DNA of 62,336 bases, the filler included. It is 8 parts of 8 records of this genome, joined end to end, with 100 filler letters (N's around TTAATTAATTAA, not from the genome) between each part and the next. Parts side by side here need not be neighbours in the genome. Positions count along the whole stretch, not along the records: positions 12,414 to 20,010 come from SRR31156797_32869; positions 20,111 to 34,902 come from SRR31156797_32872; 6 more parts are not named here. One strand, written 5' to 3'. Within the stretch, counting starts at the first letter, position 1. Each line of letters starts with the position of its first letter. Shown one piece after another: positions 19,593 through 28,272 of this stretch. The notes under the pieces were generated by a model. It had not been told where the DNA came from and ran no database searches. It was given only the letters and a program-made list of their open reading frames with translations. Both the position numbers and the translations under genes were made by a program.

Positions 19593-19709
19593 ATGAAGGT
19601 TAGAGCATCTGTTAAGAAAAGAAGTGCTGATTGCAAAATCGTAAAACGCAAAGGGCGCTTATATGTAATTAACAAGAAGAATCCAAAGTTTAAACAACGT
19701 CAAGGATAA
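19593..19709 (+). CDS. rpmJ: 50S ribosomal protein L36 (not in ORF track)
   Basis: Manual translation [38 protein letters not shown]. Confidence 0.95.
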   Translation: MKVRASVKKRSADCKIVKRKGRLYVINKKNPKFKQRQG

Positions 19710-19724
19710 AATAATATAATAATT

Positions 19725-20010
19725 ATGGCTAGGATTGCTGGAGTTGATATACCAACCAATAAAAGAGGTGAGGTATCATTAACATATATTTTTGGAATTG
19801 GGCGCAGTGCTGCTCAAAAGATCCTTGGCGCTGCCGGGGTAGATGCTAATTTAAAAGTTAGCGAATGGACTGACGAACAAACAGCTAAGATTCGTGAAGT
19901 AATTTCAGAAGAATTTAAAATCGAAGGTGAACTTCGTTCTGAAATTCAGTTGAACATTAAGCGTTTGATGGATATTGGTTGTTACCGTGGTATTCGTCAT
20001 CGTATTGGTT
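19725..20010 (+). CDS. rpsM: 30S ribosomal protein S13 (3' truncated)
   Basis: [10 protein letters not shown]...GCYRGIRHR. Confidence 0.96.
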
Positions 20011-20110
20011 NNNNNNNNNNNNNNNNNNNNNNNNNNNNNNNNNNNNNNNNNNNNTTAATTAATTAANNNNNNNNNNNNNNNNNNNNNNNNNNNNNNNNNN
20101 NNNNNNNNNN
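20011..20110. other. Artificial contig spacer
   Basis: N run with TTAATTAATTAA. Confidence 0.98.
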
Positions 20111-20268
20111 GAGGTCCTTGAGCGAAGTCGAAAGGTCGAAAGGTCGAAAGGTCGAAGGGCTGATCATAAATCCAACATCCAATATCCACCCTTCGACTAC
20201 GCTCAGGGCCCGAAATATCCAATATCCAAAATCCAATATCCAATATCTAATATCCAAGATCTAAGATC
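20111..20268. repeat. Composite repeat: REP-like inverted pair, 8-mer tandem and 7-mer tandem
   Basis: 20116-20135 vs reverse complement of 20189-20208 match at 17/20; GTCGAAAG x3-4; AATATCC-type heptamers at about 20168-20187 and 20214-20268. Confidence 0.7.
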
Positions 20269-22256
20269 ATTAGCATAAAATGTGCGGCTGACCAGCTAAA
20301 ATTGTGGGCTTCCATACCTTCACCAGTAATGGGATTATAGTTTTCACGTATGGCAGGGCCTTTTTCCAATAAACCTTCTGCATTATGAAGCATTTGGAGA
20401 GTGGCTTTGTGTGCCTCCTTGTTGAATGAGTAATTCTGTAATCCTTTTATTCCAAAGTAAGCCTGGTCAACCCAAATAGGGCCTCGCCAATAGCCTCGGA
20501 AAGGTTTGAATTTGGAATTTGAAGCACTTAATGTTTGAAATGGAACATGTTTGAAGAAATAGGCTGTATCCATCATTTTTTCAGCAATTTTTTCAGTCTG
20601 ATTCGTGGTTGCAACATTTGCCCAAAGCGGAATCCATCCTTCGCATCCTTTGGTTTTAATGAATGATTTCCCTGAAATTTCTGTATCGTAAAACCAACCA
20701 GTTACGGAGTCGAAAAACTGTGTTTGGATTTTTTGCTTTAATATTTTTGCTTCCAATTGAAATCTCATGCCTAATTCCAGCTGGCCTAATTCTTTCAATA
20801 TTTCAGTCAGATAAATTTTATCGGCATACAGGAAGGCATTCAAATCTACACTTTCCTGATCAAGTGAATAGGTTGTTTTACTATTTTTTAATAGTGTGCT
20901 ATGGTCAAAACGTACGGCATTGTCCATTCCGCTTTCCCATTTGGCAGAAATCAGCGTTCCATCCGTACTTCCGTATTCACAGATATTGTCATTGTCATGG
21001 TCGCGATTTTTGTACCACCAGCTATGTTGGAGTAGAAGGGAAGGTAACATCTCATCAAGAAAATATTTGTCTGCATCAATTTTATAAATTTCCCACACAG
21101 CCCAGGATAATAGTGGTGGTTTGCTATTTCTGTAATTGTGTTTTTCAATGGTAGTATCGCGATAAATACAGTCAGGAATAAAGCCATTGGGTTCAATATA
21201 ATCAATCATGGCTCTGATTTGATCTTTGGCTTTTTCTGTATCATATTGAGCTAATGCCACTGCATGTTTCCAACTATCCCAGGCCCAAAATCCGTGAAAC
21301 CACTCATAATGGTAACTTGGAAAAACTCCAGCATGTTTTAATTCGCCTGCCGGAACTCGATAGTTGTTTTGCAATGTCAGCAGCGCTTTTGCTAGTAAAA
21401 TATCATAAGCAGAATCTTTAAACTCTTCTTTGAGTTTGGACTTTACTTTTATAAATTCTATTTCTTTTTTATTGATGTTAGCATGTAGAAGATTTTGCCA
21501 GTCTTGCATTTGTTTATCGACATTCTTAGTGTCAATGTATTTGATATCCTGCTCAAATACAAAGCTTTGACTCCATATGATTTCTTTTGATTGATTAGGT
21601 TTTAGTGTAATTTGATTAAGTTCAGAAATATAGCTGCTGTCTGTTATAGTTTGTGCTCGTATTTCATTTTCAACCGCTATAAACCCAGTAGCGTCTGATT
21701 TGTCTGAATGTATAATTATTTCCGAATCTTTTTGCTCAAAATGAAGGCTTTTATTATTGATATTTCCTTTTAATTGAGCGTTTAAACTTATTGTATGAGA
21801 AGATTTGTTTATAAGCAGAGTAGCTGTAATAGCAGTGAATTTATTTACGAAAAACAAGTATTGTCGTATTTCAAAGTGATCATTTTGCCAATTTATTTCA
21901 AGGTGACTGTTATAGCTTTTTGAGCTGTTTTTTAAATCGATTATATCTCCATCTTCATTTTTTAATTCTAAATAGCTTAAAGCCTCACTGCACCACGTTC
22001 CATTCTCCTGTGTCATAAGATAAGGTCCGGTAAAACCCATTTTTGTTTCAATAGAACCGGGTAGACCATATCCAAACCAAGCTCCCTGATCCGAAAAAGC
22101 AAATGCAAGCTTTTTACCTTTTGAATCTTTGTGCTTTACGTAGTTGATTACGTTGTGTGGTATTGATGTTGTGAATTGGTTTGGCTGATGTTGATTACAG
22201 CCAGTTACAAAAGATAATATAAGTAATAGGAGAGTTATTGGATAGTTGTCTTTCAT
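20247..22256 (-). CDS. GH63 / trehalase-like glycoside hydrolase (YgjK-like), lipoprotein
   Basis: Lipobox FVTGC; FWAWDSWKH, WESGMDNA, YWRGPIW, ENYNP..G, NFSWSAA. Confidence 0.85.
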   Translation of the reverse strand: MKDNYPITLLLLILSFVTGCNQHQPNQFTTSIPHNVINYVKHKDSKGKKLAFAFSDQGAWFGYGLPGSIETKMGFTGPYLMTQENGTWCSEALSYLELKNEDGDIIDLKNSSKSYNSHLEINWQNDHFEIRQYLFFVNKFTAITATLLINKSSHTISLNAQLKGNINNKSLHFEQKDSEIIIHSDKSDATGFIAVENEIRAQTITDSSYISELNQITLKPNQSKEIIWSQSFVFEQDIKYIDTKNVDKQMQDWQNLLHANINKKEIEFIKVKSKLKEEFKDSAYDILLAKALLTLQNNYRVPAGELKHAGVFPSYHYEWFHGFWAWDSWKHAVALAQYDTEKAKDQIRAMIDYIEPNGFIPDCIYRDTTIEKHNYRNSKPPLLSWAVWEIYKIDADKYFLDEMLPSLLLQHSWWYKNRDHDNDNICEYGSTDGTLISAKWESGMDNAVRFDHSTLLKNSKTTYSLDQESVDLNAFLYADKIYLTEILKELGQLELGMRFQLEAKILKQKIQTQFFDSVTGWFYDTEISGKSFIKTKGCEGWIPLWANVATTNQTEKIAEKMMDTAYFFKHVPFQTLSASNSKFKPFRGYWRGPIWVDQAYFGIKGLQNYSFNKEAHKATLQMLHNAEGLLEKGPAIRENYNPITGEGMEAHNFSWSAAHFMLMILDLGY

Positions 22257-22355
22257 TTTTGCAGATTTATTTACTTCGTCATTACTGTATAAAAGTTAAT
22301 TCTAGATCGCCGCGTCACTGCGTTCCTCGCGAAGACGTCGCTGAATAAAAGCCTT

Positions 22356-23708
22356 TTACATGCCAATCCATTTTGGCATATTCCGAATACCTGGTTTCTT
22401 GCCATAGTAAACATCATCTAATACTACTGCTAGTCTTCTGAAAAGCCAGGAATAACGAATTCCAAATCGAATGAAGTTATGAAACCAATTATTGGCATGG
22501 GCATAGGGACAAACAGTCATGCATCGGCCACAATCTGTGCCGGCAGTTTGCCAATAGGTAAAGCAACTTTCTGAATCAATTTTCCAACGTAACGTTTGAT
22601 CCTGGATTTTGCGTTCATCTGTAGGAATTGATTGACTTGGACATACATTTGCACATTTCTTACAGTAGTGACAAAACTCATTCATGCTGTGTGCAATTGA
22701 CGATGGTTGATCTATATCTAAAGGTGCATCAGTTGTTACCACAGCAATACGTACACGTGGTCCAAGTTTAGGAGTCATGAGCAACCCCATACGACCTATT
22801 TCGCCCAATCCAGCATCTTTAGCTACCAATGGGCATACCACTTCATAGTTACCATCGATATGTGCCTGAGCATTGTATCCTAGCTCTCGTAAGAAATAGG
22901 CCAATTGAACAGCTGGAACACCTGACTGTAAATATTTTTCGGCACTTTCCATAATTGCTGATCCTTTTGGAGCGGCTTGCATCATATCTTCATTCATTTC
23001 TACAGTAAATGCAATGCCAAAGGGATATTTAGGTTCAATGGTTTTGTTGTATTTTTCTCGCCTTCCTTTGGTGTGATAGTAATGGTAAGGCTTCATTTCG
23101 GTAATTCCTACACTTGCCATACCCTGTTTGAGCATCCAATTTTTGACAAATTTAGTAAGCGTTTTGGGGTCTGTTACTACTTTTTCATTATTCGTTTTAC
23201 CAGTAATGTGTGGCCCGAGTTTTTCAATGGTTAAAAATGAAGCTTCTGCTGCAGCAAAGGTAAGTGGTTCATAAAAAACGGAATTGGGACTTAATAGCCC
23301 CGGTTTGTTTCTCCAAATATCATCTTTTGATTTATGCTCAGGATTTTCCTTGTAATAAGTGTTATAAAGTTCAGTATCTATTTTAAGTTCTCTTCTTGAA
23401 AACATTGTTTGTCTCTCATCGAATTGAATAACAGGAGTTTGTGGTGAAAACTTTTCTCTTTTAGGGTTGATTAAAAACAGAAGTGTGAATAAAAGTGTGA
23501 AACCAAGTAAGACGATAGGATAATGAATAGGACCTAAGTAGCTAAAAAAATAGGTCAGCATAAAAGGAGTTGGTATTAATAAAGCAAAAAGAAAACTTAT
23601 AGTGGCACCACGATAAGCTTTTTCAGAGAGTAGGACAATTGAACCGACGACCAAAAAAATGAAAAGTATTGATCCAATGGCTAATGAAATGACAACGGGT
23701 AATGACAT
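22356..23708 (-). CDS. Reductive dehalogenase family protein (cobalamin, 2x[4Fe-4S]) with N-terminal TM helices
   Basis: AGLGEIGRMGLLMTPKLGPRVRIAVVTTDAPL; CHYCKKCANVCP and C..YW....TDCGRCMTVCP; three hydrophobic segments in the first 80 aa. Confidence 0.8.
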   Translation of the reverse strand: MSLPVVISLAIGSILFIFLVVGSIVLLSEKAYRGATISFLFALLIPTPFMLTYFFSYLGPIHYPIVLLGFTLLFTLLFLINPKREKFSPQTPVIQFDERQTMFSRRELKIDTELYNTYYKENPEHKSKDDIWRNKPGLLSPNSVFYEPLTFAAAEASFLTIEKLGPHITGKTNNEKVVTDPKTLTKFVKNWMLKQGMASVGITEMKPYHYYHTKGRREKYNKTIEPKYPFGIAFTVEMNEDMMQAAPKGSAIMESAEKYLQSGVPAVQLAYFLRELGYNAQAHIDGNYEVVCPLVAKDAGLGEIGRMGLLMTPKLGPRVRIAVVTTDAPLDIDQPSSIAHSMNEFCHYCKKCANVCPSQSIPTDERKIQDQTLRWKIDSESCFTYWQTAGTDCGRCMTVCPYAHANNWFHNFIRFGIRYSWLFRRLAVVLDDVYYGKKPGIRNMPKWIGM

Positions 23709-23854
23709 AAATTTGTAATGTTATTCTTTTACAAAGATATCTTTTTGTTCATTTAAACAAAATGGTTCTAAAAGTATTATAACTTGTAGATAATTAAGGA
23801 GTAAAGAGTTGCTTTTGTCCACTAAAATTAGTATAATGCATTAAAGTTGTTAAT

Positions 23855-24616
23855 ATGGATTTAATTCAGCCTTCGATTGAATTATTTGGACTTCAAATTA
23901 ATGAGCCGGTAACTGTTGTAACAGATTTGTTGGTTTCATTTGTATGTCTTTACGCATTCATTAAACTTCTACAAATACCTTATCGCAGTAAGCTTAAAGT
24001 ATACTTACTCTGGTACTTTTTATTGATGTCTTTGGCTACAGCTATAGGAGGTATTATTGGTCATGGCTTTTTATGGTATTTTTCAGCAAGTTGGGAAAAC
24101 CCACAGTGGATAAATGATATAATTGATCAAATTACCTTTTTGGAATCTAAAGAACCTGCATATGCATGGAAGCTGCCTGGCTGGATAGTGAGTATGTTAT
24201 CAATAATGTTTGTTGAACGAGCTGCCATTGAGCAAGTTAGGCCAGTTGTGAAGCCTGGTGTTGGCAAAGCTTTCAGTATCGTGAATTTAGTGGAGCTAGT
24301 TACTTTCATGTTAATCACTTTTGCTACTTTGAATTTTAAATATGTGGAAATTCATTCTGGGTATGGGTTGATGTTTGTTGTGCTAAGCTTGCAGGGTTAT
24401 GCTTATATAAGGACCAAGAATGAAGGAAGTAAGTTGTTTTTATTTGGTGTTTTAGTGGCAGCTATAGCCGCACTATTTTATATGAATGAAATTGGAATCA
24501 GTAAATGGTTTAATCATTTTGATATCAGCCATACATTAATGGCATTAGCCGCATTTATTTTCTACAAAGGTTCAGTTAAGATGTTGGAAATAAATCACCA
24601 ACGACGAATACGTTAA
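23855..24616 (+). CDS. Integral membrane protein (DUF6962-like)
   Basis: Multi-TM 253 aa; EPVTVVTD, GGIIGHG, FNHFDISH. Confidence 0.55.
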   Translation: MDLIQPSIELFGLQINEPVTVVTDLLVSFVCLYAFIKLLQIPYRSKLKVYLLWYFLLMSLATAIGGIIGHGFLWYFSASWENPQWINDIIDQITFLESKEPAYAWKLPGWIVSMLSIMFVERAAIEQVRPVVKPGVGKAFSIVNLVELVTFMLITFATLNFKYVEIHSGYGLMFVVLSLQGYAYIRTKNEGSKLFLFGVLVAAIAALFYMNEIGISKWFNHFDISHTLMALAAFIFYKGSVKMLEINHQRRIR

Positions 24617-24618
24617 AC

Positions 24619-24678
24619 GTTTCAGGTTTCATGTTTCAGGTTGTGACCTGGAACTTGAAACCTGAAACTTGAAACCTG
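24619..24678. repeat. Inverted array of 7-nt repeats (GTTTCAG/GTTTCAA), probable terminator hairpin
   Basis: GTTTCAG GTTTCAT GTTTCAG GTT, then ACCTG GAACTTG AAACCTG AAACTTG AAACCTG, filling the gap between convergent genes. Confidence 0.7.
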
Positions 24679-24680
24679 CT

Positions 24681-25397
24681 TTAAAACTTAAAAATAAAAC
24701 ATCCCGGAAACTTATCTCTGATATCCTCTTTATACCGTTCAGCTTTAATTCTATTATCAAATTTACCAGCTATTATTCGGTAAACTTTTTCACCATTTAC
24801 TGTAGAAACCTGAATTGTAACAGGTTCTCTTAGAGTGCTTTTGATTTGTTGAACTCTTTCAAGAAGGTTCACCATTTCTTTGTAGCTGGCCAATTGAACG
24901 CCGTATCCAACTGGTTTTTCTAAATTGACATCAATACTATAAAAAAGTGGGCCAGATGTGGTTACACCTGAATTTGAAGTGCGTGATTTTGCAATTATTG
25001 GTGCTTTTACTTCTGTCGTACCTGAACCATTTGTATTTTCAGGGACTTCCAGTATTTCAACTTTCACATCGCATACGCCATCTTTGATAAATTCAAGTTT
25101 TTTTGCAGCTGATTTACTCAAATCAATTACCCTATCTTTTATAAAGGGCCCTCTGTCATTAATACGCACAATCACAGATAGATTTTTTTCCAGATTTGTA
25201 ACACGAACTCTTGTGTTAAAAGGCAGTGTTCTATGCGCAGCGGTGAGTTTTGAATGCCAGTATTTTTCTCCAGAAGCAGTCGTTCTTCCTTCAAATTTAT
25301 TGGCATAAAATGATGCTTTACCATATTCTACCTGTTTTTGAGAAAGCAGTAAAACCGGTAAAAGTATTGATATTAATAGTATCGCTATTCTTTTCAT
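24681..25397 (-). CDS. rlpA: Septal ring lytic transglycosylase RlpA family (DPBB plus SPOR)
   Basis: GKASFY..TASGE..TAAHRTLPF..RINDRGPF..IDLS; C-terminal SPOR-like domain. Confidence 0.9.
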   Translation of the reverse strand: MKRIAILLISILLPVLLLSQKQVEYGKASFYANKFEGRTTASGEKYWHSKLTAAHRTLPFNTRVRVTNLEKNLSVIVRINDRGPFIKDRVIDLSKSAAKKLEFIKDGVCDVKVEILEVPENTNGSGTTEVKAPIIAKSRTSNSGVTTSGPLFYSIDVNLEKPVGYGVQLASYKEMVNLLERVQQIKSTLREPVTIQVSTVNGEKVYRIIAGKFDNRIKAERYKEDIRDKFPGCFIFKF

Positions 25398-26326
25398 AGT
25401 GATTGATTTTCTAAATGTTGTTTTTTTGCATTCCTGATACTTGCATTAAGTTCAAATCCTATTAGCAAAACTAATGCATTAATATAGAACCACAAAAGTA
25501 ATATTATTAACGTTCCAATTGAACCATATAGCGTGTTATATCTGCTAAAATTATTGATGTAAAAAGAAAACCCCATTGATGAAAGAATTCCCAGAATGGT
25601 TGCCACTGTGTTTCCGGCACTAAAAAACTTGAAATTTGCTTTGCGTGAAGGAGCCAAATAGTAAACAAATGAAACTGCAAAGTAAAAAAGCGCCACAATC
25701 ACAACCCATCGGCCAAATCCTAGTACATATATGGTAAAGCTATCTTCTAATAATCCCTTATCGACTAATAAAGTCATTATTTTACCACTAAATATTATTA
25801 ATCCAATAGCAATTGAAATTAAAATACTCATAATGAAAACGATAAGTAACGAAATGGCTCTTCTTTCTAACCAGTTGCGTGTTTCAAAGTTATTTACGGT
25901 TTCATTAAAAGTACGTATTAGTGTATTGACTCCATTTGTCGAAAATATTAACGCAGCAGCAAATCCAAAAGATAGGAGCGATCCTCTTTTGTTACTGGCA
26001 ATATCGAGCACCGTATTTTCTACCACGCTGAATATCTTTTGCGGCATTACGCTTTCTAGTAAATTCATGAGTTCTGTCTGGAACCCTTCTACAGGAATAT
26101 ATGGGATTAATGAAAATAAAAACAGGATAGATGGAAAAACAGCTAAAAAGAAACTATAAGCAATCGCGCCAGCTCTGATATCAAGTGCGCCTTTTGTAAG
26201 TGATACCCAAAAATGCTTCCCTACTTTGAACAAACTTAAACCTGAAAACCCGGGTAAAACAATAGCATCAGTAATTCGCTTCAGGTTCTCAAATATAAAG
26301 TTTATTAATTCTTTTATTCGGCGCAT
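25394..26326 (-). CDS. YihY/BrkB family membrane protein
   Basis: AGAIAYSFFLAVFP; YNTLYGSIGTLII...LLIGFELN. Confidence 0.88.
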   Translation of the reverse strand: MRRIKELINFIFENLKRITDAIVLPGFSGLSLFKVGKHFWVSLTKGALDIRAGAIAYSFFLAVFPSILFLFSLIPYIPVEGFQTELMNLLESVMPQKIFSVVENTVLDIASNKRGSLLSFGFAAALIFSTNGVNTLIRTFNETVNNFETRNWLERRAISLLIVFIMSILISIAIGLIIFSGKIMTLLVDKGLLEDSFTIYVLGFGRWVVIVALFYFAVSFVYYLAPSRKANFKFFSAGNTVATILGILSSMGFSFYINNFSRYNTLYGSIGTLIILLLWFYINALVLLIGFELNASIRNAKKQHLENQSL

Positions 26327-26335
26327 AAATAGTTG

Positions 26336-27178
26336 TTATACAGCTTTTAAACTAAGATCTAAGCTGTTGATTTGGTGCGTAAGTGCTCCAACAGAAATAA
26401 AATCAACTCCACATTCTGCATAACCTCTTACCGTTTCAAGGTTTATACCTCCTGATGATTCTGTTTCGCATCGTTTGTTTATAAATTCAACGGCTTTTCT
26501 GGTTGTTGCATAATCAAAATTATCGAGCATAATACGATCGACCTTATTGGTATTTAGAATTTCTTCTACTTCAGTCATATTTCTTGCTTCAACTTCAATT
26601 GGAATATTGATTCCATGTTTAGACTGATAAGCCACAGCCATTTCTATTGCTTTAGTTATACCTCCTGCATAATCAATATGATTGTCCTTCAACATCATCA
26701 TGTCATATAACCCGATACGATGATTATAACCACCTCCAATTCTAACTGCTTCTTTTTCAATTAATCGCAAACCGGGTGTGGTTTTTCTTGTGTCTAATAT
26801 TTTTGTAGGAAGATCTGAAATTTTAGATACGTATTGATTGGTTAAAGTGGCAATTCCACTCATTCTTTGCATGAAATTAAGCACTAATCTTTCAGCTTGT
26901 AGCAATTTTTGAGTATTACCTTCAATAGTAAATGCAATATCACCGGAGTTAATCCGGTCACCATCCATCAGAAATTGCTCAAATATGTGATTGGGCATTA
27001 ATCTGTTAAATACCTCTCGCGCTATTTCTATACCAGCAATAATACCATGATCTTTAACCTTAAGTTCTGCTTTGTTTGTCGCATTGTTTGGAATACTGGC
27101 TAATGATGTGTGATCTCCATTTCCAATATCTTCTGCGATGGCAAGTTCAATAAGTTTTGATACTAAATCGTTATTCAT
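26336..27178 (-). CDS. nadC: Nicotinate-nucleotide diphosphorylase (carboxylating)
   Basis: ERLVLN..MSGIAT, DTRKTTPG, LKDNH, MLDN, SVGALTH. Confidence 0.95.
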   Translation of the reverse strand: MNNDLVSKLIELAIAEDIGNGDHTSLASIPNNATNKAELKVKDHGIIAGIEIAREVFNRLMPNHIFEQFLMDGDRINSGDIAFTIEGNTQKLLQAERLVLNFMQRMSGIATLTNQYVSKISDLPTKILDTRKTTPGLRLIEKEAVRIGGGYNHRIGLYDMMMLKDNHIDYAGGITKAIEMAVAYQSKHGINIPIEVEARNMTEVEEILNTNKVDRIMLDNFDYATTRKAVEFINKRCETESSGGINLETVRGYAECGVDFISVGALTHQINSLDLSLKAV

Positions 27179-27557
27179 TTTCAATTCTAAGTTGGTGTAT
27201 TTTAACTGTATGTTCTGATTTTTTTAGCAAAAATACCATTTTATAATTGCCATTGAAAGTTTCAAGGTTTGCGATAATATAACTGGTATTGTTTTTATTA
27301 CCCTGATGGTTGATCATGAAGCTTTTAGGTTTATGAGACCTGAAGAATTTTTGTAATACAAATTCTGCTTGCCTTGAGCTATATACGTTTTCATCACCTT
27401 CAATTGACATCTCAATATTTTCATTGAAAAATAATGCTACTGTTTTTGCTTCGCCCTTTTTTATTCCTGTCTTAAGTTTTTCGGGCATCTCGATGTTATT
27501 TTGTCCCAATAGCACAAAACCTACTAAGACAAAAGCGATGGTAAAGATTTTTTTCAT
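27171..27557 (-). CDS. DUF4783 domain protein
   Basis: Signal peptide; YSSRQAEFVLQKFF motif; usual nadC neighbour in Bacteroidota. Confidence 0.7.
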   Translation of the reverse strand: MKKIFTIAFVLVGFVLLGQNNIEMPEKLKTGIKKGEAKTVALFFNENIEMSIEGDENVYSSRQAEFVLQKFFRSHKPKSFMINHQGNKNNTSYIIANLETFNGNYKMVFLLKKSEHTVKIHQLRIENE

Positions 27558-27792
27558 TTCGATAACTTTATCTGTTATGCTAAATTAACTGAAAATATAT
27601 GTATTTACAATTACATCTATTGCGATTAAGTTCTAGAAACAATAATAATGCTAAAAAAATAGGACACTTGATGGGTTGTTTAGTACTATAATTTATCTAA
27701 TGATTGATAGTAGGCAAGTTGATTTAGAATTTGGCATGTTTTTGGTTTTAAAATTCATATTTTTATCAATATTTATAACAAAATAGCATATT

Positions 27793-28266
27793 TTGAAAGT
27801 TGAACTTCTTTGGATAGGGAAATCTGTTGGTAATCATGTCATAGATGGTATACGTGAGTTTGAAAAACGTATAACTCACTATCATGGATTTGAAATACTG
27901 GAAATACCTCATCTAAAGAATGCTGATAAACTAAAGCCTGCAGAGATAAAAAAGAAAGAAGCTGAATTAATATTAAAGAAGCTAAGTGCTGATGATTATG
28001 TGGTGTTACTCGATGAAAATGGGAAGTTGAAAAGCAGTGTTGATTTTGCAGAATTTATTCAACAAAAAATGATACAATCTTTTAAAAAAGTTGTTTTTGT
28101 GATTGGTGGGGCATATGGTTTTGATTCGTCTGTGTATAGCAGATCTGATTACAAACTTTCGCTATCACCCATGACATTTTCACATCAATTGATTCGTGTT
28201 ATTTTCTTGGAACAATTATACAGGGCAAATACAATTATTCGAAAAGAACCATACCACAATGCTTAG
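27793..28266 (+). CDS. rlmH: 23S rRNA pseudouridine-1915 N3-methyltransferase
   Basis: LLDENG, FVIGGAYG, MTFSHQLIR..EQLYRA..PYH. Confidence 0.95.
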   Translation: MKVELLWIGKSVGNHVIDGIREFEKRITHYHGFEILEIPHLKNADKLKPAEIKKKEAELILKKLSADDYVVLLDENGKLKSSVDFAEFIQQKMIQSFKKVVFVIGGAYGFDSSVYSRSDYKLSLSPMTFSHQLIRVIFLEQLYRANTIIRKEPYHNA

Positions 28267-28272
28267 CTGTTT

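Noticed and set aside
20111..20268. Possible CRISPR array (also 24619-24678 and 55201-55268)
   Set aside because: Units are 7-9 nt tandem repeats with no unique spacers, and no cas genes are present.
22304..22337. GC-rich REP-like remnant between the GH63 and RdhA-like genes
   Set aside because: Single degenerate copy in this window; cannot be supported as a repeat without a search.
27731..27747. TTGGCATGTTTTTGG as a sigma-54 promoter upstream of rlmH
   Set aside because: The spacing is one base short and the -12 GC is absent.
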